From an uncultured Acidobacteriota bacterium (GTDB taxonomy: Bacteria > Acidobacteriota > Thermoanaerobaculia > Multivoradales > UBA5704): a DNA stretch of 64,000 bases. This document shows, piece by piece, positions 40,845 through 51,687 of the stretch. Both the position numbers and the translations under genes were made by a program. Position 1 is the first letter of the stretch. Every line of letters begins with the position of its first letter. The notes under the pieces are model-generated. The model saw nothing but the letters and a program-made list of their open reading frames with translations, was not told where the DNA came from and made no database searches. The stretch covers positions 2,144,001 through 2,208,000 of the forward strand of contig OY969474.1 in assembly GCA_963700145.1 (NCBI GenBank), written 5' to 3'.

Positions 40845-43255
40845 TGGGCGACCTGCGCTACGCCGCCCGCGCCCTGGCGCGGGCCCCCGGCTTCACCTTC
40901 GTCGCGCTCCTGACCCTCGGCCTCGGCATCGGCGCCAACGCCGCGATCTTCAGCGTCGTCCACGGCGTGCTGCTCCGCCCGCTGCCCTACGCCGACCCCG
41001 ACCGCATCGTCCTGGTGGCCGAGAGCGACCGCCTGCGGCAGACCGAGCGCGAGGGGGTGTCGCTCCCCGACTACCTCGACCTGCGCGAGCGCAGCCGGAG
41101 CTTCGCTCATCTCGCGGCGATCCGCGGCGCCTCGGTCGACCTGAGCCGGCCCGGCGCCGACCCCGAGCGCGTCCCCGGCGCGGCGGTCACCCACGAGCTC
41201 TTCCCGCTCCTCGGCGTGCGGCCGCTCCTCGGCCGCGCCTTCACGGCCGCCGAGGACCGGCCGGGGAGCGAGCGCGTCGTGCTCCTGGGCGAGGAGCTCT
41301 GGCGGCGCCGCTTCGGCGGCGCGCCCGACGTCCTCGGCCGGCCCCTGGTCCTCGACGGGACGCCGCACACGATCGTCGGCGTCCTGCCCGCCGACCTGGC
41401 GCTGCCGGCCGCCGACACCGAGCTCTGGCGGCCGCTGGCGCCCGCCGCGGCGGGGGCGTTCCGCGGCGTCCACGACCTGAGCGTCCTCGGCAAGGTGCGG
41501 CCGGGCACCGCGCTCGCCGCGGCGCGCGCCGAGGCCGCCTCGATCGCCCGCCAGCTCGAGAAGGAGTACCCGGACGACAACCTGGGACGCGGCATCGTGC
41601 TCCTGCCGCTGCGCGAGGCCCTCTTCGGCCGCGTCCAACCGGCGCTCGTCGTGCTGATGGCGGCGGTCGGCCTCGTCCTCCTCGTCGCCTGCGTCAACGT
41701 CGCCAACCTCCTGCTGGCACGGGGCGCCGACCGCGGGCGGGAGGTGGCGATCCGCGCCGCGCTGGGCGCCGGCTCGTTCCGCCTCGGGAGGCAGTTCGCG
41801 GCCGAGGCGTTGCTCCTCGCCGGGCTCGCCGGCGCCTGCGGCCTCCTCCTCGCCTGGCTGGCGCTCGGCCCCCTCCTCGCCCTCGCGCCCCAGGACGTGC
41901 CGCGCCTGGCCGAGGTGCGCCTCGACGGCCGCGTCCTCGCCTTCACCGCCGGCGTCGCGCTCCTCACCGCCCTGGTCTTCGGCCTGGCGCCCCTGGCGCA
42001 GTCCTTCGGACGCGACCTCCAGACGGCGCTCAAGAGCGGCGGGCGCACCGCCTCGGCCGACGGCCGCACGCGCTGGCTGCGCGACCTCCTGGTGGTCGGC
42101 GAGGTCGCGCTCTCGACCGTCCTCGTCGTCGCCGCCGCGCTCCTCCTGCAGAGCCTCTGGCGCCTGCAGCGCGTGGACCCCGGGTTCGCCCCGGAGAGCG
42201 TGCTCAAGTTCGAGCTGGAGCTGCCGGCGGCGCGCTACCCGCAGAGCTTCGCCAACTATCCGGACTGGCCCGAGGTCATGGCGTTCAACGCGGCGCTGGA
42301 GGAGCGCCTCGCCGCCCTCCCCGCCGCCCGCGCCGTCGGCCTCGCCAACAGCCACCCGCTCGATGCGGGCTGGACGACGCGCTTCACCGTCGTCGGCCGT
42401 CCCGAGGTGGCCGAGGGGGAGCAGGAGGAGATCCGGGTGCGCGCGGCGAGCCGCGGCTACTTCCGCGCCGCCGGCCTGACGCTGCTGCGCGGCCGCGGCT
42501 TCCTCCCCGCCGACCGCGTCGGCGCGCCGCTCGTCGCCGTGCTCAACGCGGCGGCGGTGCGCCGCTACTTCCCGGGCGAGGACCCGCTCGGCCGCGAGGT
42601 GCGGATCTTCGGCCAGCCGCGGCGCATCGTCGGCGTCGTCGAGGACGAGCGCTTCATGGGCCTCGCCGCCGAGGCGGCGCCGGCGCTCTACCCGCCGCTG
42701 GCGCAGTTCCCGAGCCCCGCACTGAGCGTCCTGGTGCGCACCGAAGGCGACCCGCTGGCCGCCGCCGGCACGGCACGCCAGGTGGTGCGCGAGCTCGACC
42801 GCGACCTGGCGGTCTTCGCCGCCGCGACGATGGAGGAGGAGCTGTCGCGCTCGCTCGCCCAGCCGCGCTTCAGCGGCTCGCTCCTCGCCGCCTTCGCCGT
42901 GCTCGCCCTGACGCTGGCGATGATCGGGGTCTACGGCCTCCTCGCCTACGCGGTGGCGCGTCAGCGGCAGGAGATCGGGGTGCGGATGGCGCTCGGCGCC
43001 AGCGCCGGGCAGGTGCTGCGGCTGGTCGTCGGCCGCGGGCTCGTCCTGACCCTCGCCGGCGCCGCCCTCGGCCTCCTCGGCGCGCGCGCCGCCGGGCGCC
43101 TGCTTGCGGGGCTCCTCTACGCCGTGCCGGCGAACGACCCCGCGACCTTCATTGCCGTACCCCTGCTCCTCGCCGCCGCGGCGCTCCTGGCGAGCTGGAT
43201 CCCGGCCCGGCGGGCGGCGCGCGTCGATCCCGCCGTCGCCCTGCGCGCCGAATAA
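40844..43255 (+). CDS. Duplicated MacB/FtsX ABC permease (ADOP-type)
   Basis: Same signature motifs; translationally coupled to the previous gene (TGATG). Confidence 0.93.
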
Positions 43256-43275
43256 AGTTCAAAGAAGGGACTCCC

Positions 43276-45054
43276 ATGGTTCGACCGCTTCGCCTCTCAT
43301 TCGCCCTCGCCCTCCTCGCCACCCTCCCCGCCGCCGCCGCCGAGCCGACCTGGGTCGAGCGCAGCAACGCAAACGCCCAGGTCCTGCTCGCCACCCAGGC
43401 GCGCTTCGCGCCGGAGCAGGCGGGCGCCTTCGGCGTCGAGGGGCTCGACGAGGAGGTCTTCTCCCTGCCGCTCGACCGCGACGCGCAGCTCCTGCGCGCC
43501 GTCGCCGAGGCCGCCGCCGAGCTGGAGCGCCGGCGCGCTGCCGAGCGCGACCCGGCGGTGCTGCAGGACCTCGACATCATGCTCGCCGAGGCGCGGGAGG
43601 TGACCGAGGATGTCGAGCTGGAGCGCCGCGTCTTCCTGCCGGTCTTCGACCTGCCGCAGACGGTCTTCCACGGCATCCGCGCCCTCCTCGACGACCGCGT
43701 GCCGAAGGAGCGCCACCCGGCGGCGCTGGTGCGGCTGCGCAAGTACGCCGGCCTGACACCGGGGACGACGCCGCTCGCCGACCAGGCCGCCGCCATGCTG
43801 CGCGACCGCCTCGACGAGCCCGCCCTCCTCGCCCCCTTCCAGGGCGACCTCGAGCGCCAGCTCGGCAACTCCGCCCGCTTCCTCGCGGGGATCGCCGAGC
43901 TGCTCCAGAAGTCCGGCCTGACCGGCTGGGAGGAGGCGCACGCGCGCTTCGGCGAGCAGGTCGCCGCCTACGAGGCGCTGCTGCGCGCCGAGGTGCAGCC
44001 GCGGGCGCGGCAGGACTTCCGGCTGCCCGAGGAGGTCTACCGCTTCCGCCTGCGCCAGCGCGGCGTCGACATGCCGCTCGAGGAGCTGGTGTCGCGCGCC
44101 AAGACCAGCTTCCACGAGGTGCAGAACGAGATGCAGGTGATCGCGGCGCTGGTCGCCCGCGAGCGCCAGCTCCCCTCCGCCGACTACCGCGACGTCCTCC
44201 GCGCGCTCAAGAAGGAGCAGCTCGAAGGGGAGGCGATCCTCCCCCACTACCAGCAGCGGGTGCGCGACCTCGAGAAGCTGATCCGCGAGGCGCGCGTCGT
44301 GACGATCCCCGACCGGCAGATGCGCGTGCGACTGGCGAGCGCCGCCGAGAGCGCCGCCACCCCTGCCCCCAACGTCTCGCCGGCGCGGATCATCGGCAAC
44401 ACCGGCGAAACGCCCGACTTCGTGCTGCCGCTGCGCATCCCCGGCGAGGCGGGGGCCGAGGCCGGCTTCGACGACTTCACCTTCGCCGCCGCCTCCTGGA
44501 CGCTCACCGCGCACGAGGGCCGCCCGGGCCACGAGCTGCAGTTCAGCACCATGATCGAGAAGGGCGTGTCGCTGGCGCGCGCCTTCTTCGCCTTCAACAG
44601 CGTCAACGTCGAAGGCTGGGCGCTCTACGCCGAGGCCGAGATGAAGCCGCTCCTGCCGCTCGACGGCCAGCTCGTCGCCCTGCAGCACCGCCTGCTGCGC
44701 GCCGCGCGCGCCTTCCTCGACCCCGGCCTCCAGACCGGGACGATCACGCGCGAGGAGGCCTTCCGCGTGCTCGAGGGGGAGGTCGTGCTGTCGAAGGCCA
44801 TGGCCCTCCAGGAGGTCGAGCGCTACACCTTCCGCAGCCCGGGGCAGGCGCCGTCGTACTTCGTCGGCTACAGCCGCTTGATGGAGCTGCGCACCGACGC
44901 CGAGCGCCTGCTCGGCGACCGCTTCGACCGCCAGGCGTACCACGACTTCGTGCTCTCCCAGGGGATGCTCAGCCCGGCGCTGCTGCGCAAGGCGGTCGTC
45001 GAGCAGCACGTGCCGCAGCGCCTGGGCGCGGCCCCTGCAAAGGCCGGCGGCTAG
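43276..45054 (+). CDS. DUF885-family secreted protein (probable metallopeptidase)
   Basis: HEGRPGHELQ, NVEGWALYAE, EVERY..PGQAPSY and FDRQAYHDFVL motifs. Confidence 0.85.
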   Translation: MVRPLRLSFALALLATLPAAAAEPTWVERSNANAQVLLATQARFAPEQAGAFGVEGLDEEVFSLPLDRDAQLLRAVAEAAAELERRRAAERDPAVLQDLDIMLAEAREVTEDVELERRVFLPVFDLPQTVFHGIRALLDDRVPKERHPAALVRLRKYAGLTPGTTPLADQAAAMLRDRLDEPALLAPFQGDLERQLGNSARFLAGIAELLQKSGLTGWEEAHARFGEQVAAYEALLRAEVQPRARQDFRLPEEVYRFRLRQRGVDMPLEELVSRAKTSFHEVQNEMQVIAALVARERQLPSADYRDVLRALKKEQLEGEAILPHYQQRVRDLEKLIREARVVTIPDRQMRVRLASAAESAATPAPNVSPARIIGNTGETPDFVLPLRIPGEAGAEAGFDDFTFAAASWTLTAHEGRPGHELQFSTMIEKGVSLARAFFAFNSVNVEGWALYAEAEMKPLLPLDGQLVALQHRLLRAARAFLDPGLQTGTITREEAFRVLEGEVVLSKAMALQEVERYTFRSPGQAPSYFVGYSRLMELRTDAERLLGDRFDRQAYHDFVLSQGMLSPALLRKAVVEQHVPQRLGAAPAKAGG

Positions 45055-45066
45055 GAGGACGCGACG

Positions 45067-47502
45067 ATGGAGAGCTGGCTCACCGACCTGCGCTACGGGC
45101 TCCGCACCCTGGCCAAGAGCCCGGGCTTCACCCTCGTCGCGCTGCTCACCCTGGGGCTCGGGATCGGCGCCAACGCCGCGATCTTCAGCGTCGTCCAGGG
45201 CGTGCTGCTGCGCCCGCTCCCCTACCAGGAGCCCGAGCGGCTGGTCCGCGTCTTCCACACCCACGCCGAGCAGGGGGTGATGGACGGCGCCTTCTCGCCG
45301 CAGGACTTCGACGATCTGACGCGCGAGCTGGCGGGTCCCCGTGGCCCCTGGGAGCGTCTCGGCGCCTACTTCTTCACTCCCGGCCAATCGGGCATGACGC
45401 TGACCGGCGAGGGGGAGCCGCGGCGGCTGGAGGCGGCGATGGTCTCCGCCGGCTTCTTCACCGCCCTGGGCGTCGAGGCGGCGCGTGGCCGCACGCTGCG
45501 GCCGGAGGAGAACGTCCCCGGCGCCGACCGCGTCGTCCTGCTCTCCGACCGCCTCTGGCGGCGTTCCTTCGGCGCCGACCCGCGGATCGTCGGCGGCACC
45601 CTGCGCCTCGACGGCGAGGCCTACACGGTCGCCGGCGTCATGCCGCCGTCGTTCCAGTTCCCGGCCCGCGAGGTCGACCTCTGGGCGCCGATCTCGTTGA
45701 TCGGCGAGGACGACATCCCGCACCGCCGCTCCCTGCGCTGGATGCACGTCGTCGGGCGCCTGCGGCCGGGGACGAGCCTCGAGCGCGCCGACGTCCAGAC
45801 CGACGCCCTCCTGGCGCGCCTCGCCGCCGCCTACCCGGACAGCAACGAGGGCTGGAGCGCCGGGCGGGTGGTGCCGCTCCACGAGGCGCTGGTCGGCGAC
45901 GTGCGGCCGGCCCTGGTCGTGCTGCTGGCGGCGGTGGCGGGCGTGCTGCTCATCGCCTGCGCCAACCTCGCCAACCTCCTCCTCGCCCGCGCCACGACGC
46001 GCGGCCGCGAGCTCGCCGTCCGCGCCGCCCTCGGCGCGGCGCGCCGGCGGCTGGTGCGCCAGCTGCTGACCGAGAGCGTCCTGCTCGCCCTGGCCGGCGG
46101 CGTCCTCGGGCTCTTCCTCGCCGTCTGGGGGGTGGACGCCCTGGTGGCGCTGGCGGCCGGCGAGCTGCCGCGGCCGGACGAGGTGACCCCCGACGCCCGC
46201 GTCGTCGCCTTCACCTTCGCCGTCTCGCTGCTGACCGGGCTCGCCTTCGGCCTCCTCCCCGCGCTCCGCGCCTCGCGCCTGGCCGATCTCCACGCAGCGC
46301 TCAAAGAGGGCGGCCGTGGCGGCGGCGGCGGGCGCGGCCGCAGCCTGGCGCGCAACGGCCTGATCGTCGCCGAGACGGCGCTCGCCGTCGTCCTCCTCGT
46401 CGCCGCCGGCCTCATGCTGCGCAGCTTCTGGAGCCTCGTCCACGTCGACCCCGGCTTCCGCGCCGAGAACGTCTTGAGCCTCTCGCTGACCTTCCCCGAG
46501 TACCCCGAGCCGACCCAGCTCGCCGCCGCCCGCGACGAGGTGATCCGCCGCGTCGAGGAGCTGCCGGCGGTAATCGCCGCCGGCGCCAGCAAGACCCTGC
46601 CGCTCGAAGGGGGCGGCGAGCCGTACGGCTTCACCGTCCCGGGGCGGGCCGGAGCCCTGGCCGAGGTCCAGCCGCAGGCGGGGACCTTCATCGTCAGCCC
46701 CGGCTACTTCCGCGCCCTGGGGATCCCGCTCCTCGCCGGGCGGTCCTTCACCGCGCGCGACGACGACGGGGAGCGGCCCGTGGTGGTGGTCAACCGCGCC
46801 TTCGCCCGGCAGCTCTGGGGCGGGGAGGAGGCGGTCGGTAAGACCCTGCTCCTGGGCGAGATCCCGCTCGAGGTCGTCGGCGTCGTCGGCGACGTGCGCA
46901 GCGGGGGCCTCGCCGCCGAGCCCGGGAGCGCCGTCTACATCCCGCAGTCGCTGGCGCCGCGCTCGGACATGAAGCTCTTCCTGCGCACCGCGGCCGATCC
47001 GCTGGCCGTCGCCGGCGCCGTGCGCGAGGCGATCTGGAGCTTCGACCGCGACCTGCCGATCTCCGACGTCGCCGCGCTGGCCCAGGTGGTGGCGGAGGAC
47101 GTGGCGCGGCCGCGCTTCCTCACCACTCTGCTCGGGCTCTTCGGCGCCCTGGCGCTCACCCTCGCCGCCGTCGGCCTCTACGGCGTCGTCGCCTACGGCG
47201 TCGGCCAGCGCACGCACGAGATCGGGATCCGCATGGCGCTCGGGGCGCGGCGCGGGCAGGTGCTGCGCAACGTCGTCGGCCAGGGGATGCGCTGGACGCT
47301 CCTCGGCCTCGCGCTGGGCCTCGCCGGCGCCTTCGCCGCCACGCGCCTCCTCGCCGGGCTCCTCTTCGGCGTCGCGCCGACCGACGCCGCCACCTTCGCC
47401 GGCGTGGCGCTGCTCCTCGCAACCGCGGCGGCCCTGGCGAGCTGGCTGCCGGCGAGGCGGGCGGCGGCGACCGACCCGCTCACCGCCCTGAGGAGCGAGT
47501 AG
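45067..47502 (+). CDS. Duplicated MacB/FtsX ABC permease (ADOP-type)
   Basis: Same signature motifs; AGGAGG SD. Confidence 0.93.
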   Translation: MESWLTDLRYGLRTLAKSPGFTLVALLTLGLGIGANAAIFSVVQGVLLRPLPYQEPERLVRVFHTHAEQGVMDGAFSPQDFDDLTRELAGPRGPWERLGAYFFTPGQSGMTLTGEGEPRRLEAAMVSAGFFTALGVEAARGRTLRPEENVPGADRVVLLSDRLWRRSFGADPRIVGGTLRLDGEAYTVAGVMPPSFQFPAREVDLWAPISLIGEDDIPHRRSLRWMHVVGRLRPGTSLERADVQTDALLARLAAAYPDSNEGWSAGRVVPLHEALVGDVRPALVVLLAAVAGVLLIACANLANLLLARATTRGRELAVRAALGAARRRLVRQLLTESVLLALAGGVLGLFLAVWGVDALVALAAGELPRPDEVTPDARVVAFTFAVSLLTGLAFGLLPALRASRLADLHAALKEGGRGGGGGRGRSLARNGLIVAETALAVVLLVAAGLMLRSFWSLVHVDPGFRAENVLSLSLTFPEYPEPTQLAAARDEVIRRVEELPAVIAAGASKTLPLEGGGEPYGFTVPGRAGALAEVQPQAGTFIVSPGYFRALGIPLLAGRSFTARDDDGERPVVVVNRAFARQLWGGEEAVGKTLLLGEIPLEVVGVVGDVRSGGLAAEPGSAVYIPQSLAPRSDMKLFLRTAADPLAVAGAVREAIWSFDRDLPISDVAALAQVVAEDVARPRFLTTLLGLFGALALTLAAVGLYGVVAYGVGQRTHEIGIRMALGARRGQVLRNVVGQGMRWTLLGLALGLAGAFAATRLLAGLLFGVAPTDAATFAGVALLLATAAALASWLPARRAAATDPLTALRSE

Positions 47503-47503
47503 C

Positions 47504-48190
47504 GTGATCCGCCTGCGCAACGTCGAGCGCGCCTACCGCACGGGGCCGCTCACCACCTACGTCCTGCGGCGCATCGACCTCGACGTCGCCGAGGGGGAGT
47601 TCGTCACCGTCATGGGCCCCTCGGGGTCGGGCAAGACGACGCTCCTCTCCATCCTCGGCATGCTCGACGGCGCCTGGACCGGCGAGTACCACCTCCGCGA
47701 CCAGGCCGTGCACACGCTCCCCCAGAAGCGGCGGCAGGAGCTCGCCAAGCAGGAGATCGGCTTCGTCTTCCAGAGCTACCACCTGCTCGACAACCTGACC
47801 GTCTACGAGAACCTGGAGCTCCCCCTCTCCTACCGCTCCATCCCCAAGAGCCAGCGCCAGGCGATGGTCGCCGAGGCCCTCGACCGCTTCCAGATCGTCG
47901 GCAAGAAGGACCTCTTCCCCAGCCAGCTCTCCGGCGGCCAGCAGCAGCTCGTCGGCGTGGCGCGGGCGGTGATCGGCAACCCGGCGCTGCTCCTCGCCGA
48001 CGAGCCCACCGGCAACCTCCATTCCGCCCAAGCCGAAGAGATCATGAAACTCTTCAAGCGCCTGAACGACGAAGGCACCACGATCATCCAGGTGACGCAC
48101 TCCGAGAAGAACGCCGAGTACGGGAACCGGGTGGTGCAGCTGCTGGACGGGTGGATCGCGGGCGAAGGCGAGGGAGAGCGCGGTCGATGA
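47504..48190 (+). CDS. ABC transporter ATP-binding protein
   Basis: GPSGSGKT, LSGGQQQ and DEPTGNLH motifs. Confidence 0.95.
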   Translation: MIRLRNVERAYRTGPLTTYVLRRIDLDVAEGEFVTVMGPSGSGKTTLLSILGMLDGAWTGEYHLRDQAVHTLPQKRRQELAKQEIGFVFQSYHLLDNLTVYENLELPLSYRSIPKSQRQAMVAEALDRFQIVGKKDLFPSQLSGGQQQLVGVARAVIGNPALLLADEPTGNLHSAQAEEIMKLFKRLNDEGTTIIQVTHSEKNAEYGNRVVQLLDGWIAGEGEGERGR

Positions 48191-48242
48191 TTACCAAGGT
48201 GTTCAGCGTCGGTATGACGGTTTCTCCTTGAGTTGTCGAGAG

Positions 48243-48494
48243 GGTATCGACCGCTGAACCAGGGGTATCAGCGGCTGATACGGAGGTATCGGCCCGTGAT
48301 ACGCGGGTATCAGGGCTCGATACGGGGGTGGCGGCGCCTGATACGGAGGTATCAGCGCTTGATACCTAGGTAGCAGCGTCTGATACGGAGGTATCTGCGC
48401 CCGATACCTAGGTAGCAGCGCCTGATACAAGGGGTTCAGCGGCTGATACGGAGGTATCAGGGTTCGATACGGAGGTATCAAGCTCTGATGCCAG
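48243..48494. repeat. Tandem array of 12 palindromic 21-bp units
   Basis: Consensus GGTATCAG-NNN-CTGATAC-GGA in exact 21-nt register. Confidence 0.93.
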
Positions 48495-48585
48495 CTTTTC
48501 GTCCTCCGCAGAGGACTCCCCTCGCCCAGATCCTTGCAGCGGCGCCCTGTAATGGGCGCCGCTACCCGAGACGTCGCCTAGCGGG

Positions 48586-49845
48586 TCACTTCAGCGTCTC
48601 CAGCATCTCCTTCGCCTGCGCCGCGTCGGAGTCGTTGGGGGCGAGCTCGAGGAACTTGGTGAGGTGCTCGCGGGCCTTGGCGTTTTCGCTGGTCGAGGCG
48701 TAGCAGAGGCCCAGCATGTAGTGGGACTTGGGGTGGTTAGCGTCCTTGGCGAGGGCGCGGTCGAAGGCTTCCTTGGCGGCGGCGACGTTGGCGGCGTTGT
48801 AGAGCGCCACGCCCTGGCGGTAGAAGTCGTCGGCGGTCATATCGGCCTGGGCGGCCTCCATCGCCGTCTTGGCCTCGGCCGCCTTGGCCTTGTCGCCGAG
48901 GAGGCGGTAGGCCTCGGAGCGCACCGTCATCGCCTCCAGGCTCTTGGGGTTGGCCGCGAGGTGGCGCTCGGCGAGCTCCGCCGCTTCCTTGTACTGCTTC
49001 TTCGACAGGTAGATGCCGGCGAGCGACGAGTACGCCTGCTCGAGCGTCGGATCGATCTCGAGCGCCTCGCGGATGCGCGCCGCCGCGCCGTCCATGTCGC
49101 CGTTGCGCGCCGCCGTCGCCCCGAGGTTGAAGACCCGCACCGCGGTCTCGCGGTCCTTGACCTGCGCGGTCAGGTCCTTGAGCGCCGCCTCCGCCTTCTC
49201 CTTCTGCCCGCCCTCGTTGTAGGCGTCGTAGCGGTTGCGCAGCGCCACCGCGTTGGCCGGCTCGAGCGCCAGCGCCTTCTCGGCGGCGGCGGCGGCCTCG
49301 GCGTGCTGCTTCTTGTCGAGGTAGAGGCCGGAGAGGGTGAGCGGCGCCGCCACCAGCTTCGGGTCGAGCTGCGCCGCCTCCTCGAACTTGGCGATGGCGG
49401 TGGCGTGGTCGCCGGCGTTGAAGGCGACGACGCCGGCGTTGTAGGCGGTGATCGCCTGCCCGGTCCCCTCCTCCACCGCCGGCCCCTCCGGGGCCGCCGC
49501 TGGCGGCGCGGTCCGCGCCAGGGTGTAGCCGACGCGGATAGTCTCTTGGAGCTTGACGTCGAGCGGCGCCTCGAAGGGCTGGTAGCCCTCCTTCTCCAGG
49601 CGGATCATGTACTTGCGCGTGGCGTCGAGGATCAGCAGGCTGAACTTCCCCTTCTTGTCGCTCTTCTTCTCCTGCGAGTACTTGAACTCGGGGCTGGTGA
49701 CGGTGATCTTGACGTCGGCCAGCGGCTGGGCGGCGTCGTCTTCGACGGTGCCGAGGACGCGCCCTTCGCCGGCGGCGTGGAGGGCCAGGGGGAGGAGGGC
49801 GGCGGCGAGGAGCGCCGCGAGCGCGGCGCGACGGATGCGGTTCAT
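48586..49845 (-). CDS. Secreted carboxypeptidase-regulatory-like domain plus TPR protein
   Basis: Signal peptide, GRVLGTVED...EKEGYQP, then multiple TPRs. Confidence 0.85.
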   Translation of the reverse strand: MNRIRRAALAALLAAALLPLALHAAGEGRVLGTVEDDAAQPLADVKITVTSPEFKYSQEKKSDKKGKFSLLILDATRKYMIRLEKEGYQPFEAPLDVKLQETIRVGYTLARTAPPAAAPEGPAVEEGTGQAITAYNAGVVAFNAGDHATAIAKFEEAAQLDPKLVAAPLTLSGLYLDKKQHAEAAAAAEKALALEPANAVALRNRYDAYNEGGQKEKAEAALKDLTAQVKDRETAVRVFNLGATAARNGDMDGAAARIREALEIDPTLEQAYSSLAGIYLSKKQYKEAAELAERHLAANPKSLEAMTVRSEAYRLLGDKAKAAEAKTAMEAAQADMTADDFYRQGVALYNAANVAAAKEAFDRALAKDANHPKSHYMLGLCYASTSENAKAREHLTKFLELAPNDSDAAQAKEMLETLK

Positions 49846-50017
49846 GGCTCGGTGCCTCTCGTGCGGTTCTGGGTGGCGCCGGGGCGGCGGACCGCCCGGC
49901 AGTTTCGAGGCGCGGATTCTACAGCCCGCCCCGGCTGTCACGTCTTCGGTGCCCGGCGGGCACTTCCTTTTGAGGGGATGCGGGGAGCCGGGACCCACCC
50001 CGCGGAAAGGAACGCCC

Positions 50018-50767
50018 ATGAAAGGCGCACGCGCAGGCAGCATCCTGGCGGTCTTCGTCCTGGCTTTCGGGCTCGCCGGCTCGGCCTGGAGCCTGGACCA
50101 TTTCGTGGTCTACGAGGTCAAGCGGGTGGCGGCCAACTTCGGGGTCAGCCTGACCGACCAGTTCGCCCCCGCCGCCAAGGACGCGAAGACCGAGGCGTTG
50201 ACCCGCTTCTCGAACCCGACCCGCAAGGTCCACGGCGCCACCGCGATCGGGGTCTCGGACATCAACGCCCACCTGAGCTGGTACACGATCAACCAGCCGC
50301 AGGTCGAGCCGCGCCGGACGGTGCGCTTCCGCAACCAGTTCGGGCAGCACAGCGTGGACATCAAGACGCCGCGCTTCCTGCTCGTCCCGGCGCAGAAGAC
50401 CAGCCACGCCGGCAGCGCCTTCCCCGAGAAGCTCGACCATTACAAGTGCTACGAGGTCATCCGGATCAACACGGCGCCGCCGCTGCCGGTCGTCAAGCTG
50501 CGCGACCAGTTCGGCCAGCAGCCGGCGGCGCAGGTCGGCAAGCCCCGCTTCTTCTGCAACCCGGTGGTCAAGAAGCGCGCGGGGCAGCGCCCCAAGGCGA
50601 TCGTCAACAAGGTCGATCACCTCGCCGTCTACGCCATGCCGCTGCTGCCGAAGCCGACGCGGATCAGGGTGAAGGACCAGTTCGGCGAGCGCGCCCTGGA
50701 GGTGGTCCAGCGCGTCCTGCTCACCGTGCCGACCGAGAAGCAGGTCGCGGTGGCGCACCAGAACTGA
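50018..50767 (+). CDS. Secreted protein with four (D/N)QF repeats of about 55 aa
   Basis: Signal peptide; four H-x3-Y...(D/N)QF...P-x2-K units. Confidence 0.8.
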   Translation: MKGARAGSILAVFVLAFGLAGSAWSLDHFVVYEVKRVAANFGVSLTDQFAPAAKDAKTEALTRFSNPTRKVHGATAIGVSDINAHLSWYTINQPQVEPRRTVRFRNQFGQHSVDIKTPRFLLVPAQKTSHAGSAFPEKLDHYKCYEVIRINTAPPLPVVKLRDQFGQQPAAQVGKPRFFCNPVVKKRAGQRPKAIVNKVDHLAVYAMPLLPKPTRIRVKDQFGERALEVVQRVLLTVPTEKQVAVAHQN

Positions 50768-50791
50768 CCGCCGGGGGCCGCGCCGGCGGAC

Positions 50792-51082
50792 CTAGCGGAG
50801 GCCGCCCTGGGTGAGCGGCGGGGCGCCGGTCGAATCGAAGTCCGGCTCCTGCCGCTCCTCGACCCGCTCGAGCTTGCCCTTGACCTCTGCCACGAGGCCG
50901 TGCGTCTTGTTGCTCAGGTGCTCGGAGGTGCCGCGCAGCTTCCGCTGCGTCGCCTTGCCGTAGTGCACCGCCTTGTCGCGCACCAGCGCCCGCCGGCGGC
51001 GGCCCTTGTCCGGATCGAGCAGGAACATCAGCCCGGCCCCCAGGCCGAGGCCGCTCAAGAGCGTCCATTGCTGTTTCGTCAT
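50792..51082 (-). CDS. YtxH-like small protein
   Basis: GLGAGLMFLLDPDKGRRRRALVRDK; AAGGAGG SD. Confidence 0.75.
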   Translation of the reverse strand: MTKQQWTLLSGLGLGAGLMFLLDPDKGRRRRALVRDKAVHYGKATQRKLRGTSEHLSNKTHGLVAEVKGKLERVEERQEPDFDSTGAPPLTQGGLR

Positions 51083-51170
51083 GGTGTCCTCCTTGGGTCT
51101 CTTGGTGGCGTCACGCGCCGGGGGTTCTAGCGGTGCAAGGCGCGTACCGGTCCGGGGGCTGACGGCGCGC

Positions 51171-51683
51171 TCAGCTCGGGATGAATTCAGTGCGGAGAAT
51201 CTCGATCTCCGCATCGGATGGTGGACGAACCGGGTAGATGACCAGGTTCGTGCCGCCCGATCGCCGCGCCGACGGAACCAGAAGACCGCCGCAGCCGAGG
51301 AAGGCGACGCCGCCGCCGACCTCTTGGCAGAGGCGATAGTCGTCAGGGTCCTGAAGGCGCTCCGGAGTCAGTCCGAGCTCTGCGAGAAGCTCGGGCGCGC
51401 GAAAGTCGACCACGCGCGAGGCGCGGACGCGCAACTCGTAGAGTGTCCGCCCCTTGCTGGGCCTCACTGGGTAGAGCGCCATCCTGAACTCGGCCTCGGC
51501 CAGCGCGGTCTCGCGTTCGAGGCTCGTATAGATCGCCGCCGTCCCCTTGGGGTTCCAGCGCGCACCGCCGGTGTTCTCGAGCGTCGGCTGCAGCCGGGCG
51601 AACATGTGCCGGTAGACGACACCCACCCAGTCCTTTGGATCTAGTTGTTCGAGCCGGTCGAGAAGCTGTGGCGGATAGGCCAC
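51171..51683 (-). CDS. RES-domain toxin
   Basis: GARWNPKG..AIYTS...ALAE...LLVPSAR...NLVIY. Confidence 0.9.
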   Translation of the reverse strand: MAYPPQLLDRLEQLDPKDWVGVVYRHMFARLQPTLENTGGARWNPKGTAAIYTSLERETALAEAEFRMALYPVRPSKGRTLYELRVRASRVVDFRAPELLAELGLTPERLQDPDDYRLCQEVGGGVAFLGCGGLLVPSARRSGGTNLVIYPVRPPSDAEIEILRTEFIPS

Positions 51684-51687
51684 GGCC

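Noticed and set aside
43297-47520. 1407-aa - strand ORF and similar long antisense or alternate-frame ORFs (e.g. 8149-10854, 29346-31964, 34236-36338)
   Set aside because: These are shadow ORFs expected in very GC-rich DNA opposite genes with clear motifs.
48243-48494. CRISPR array
   Set aside because: Contiguous 21-bp units with no unique spacers, and no cas genes in the window.
48524-48536. Additional copy of the GIY-YIG element arm (CGCCCAGATCCTT)
   Set aside because: Only about 13 bp match and the GATGAC terminus is missing; too short to call.
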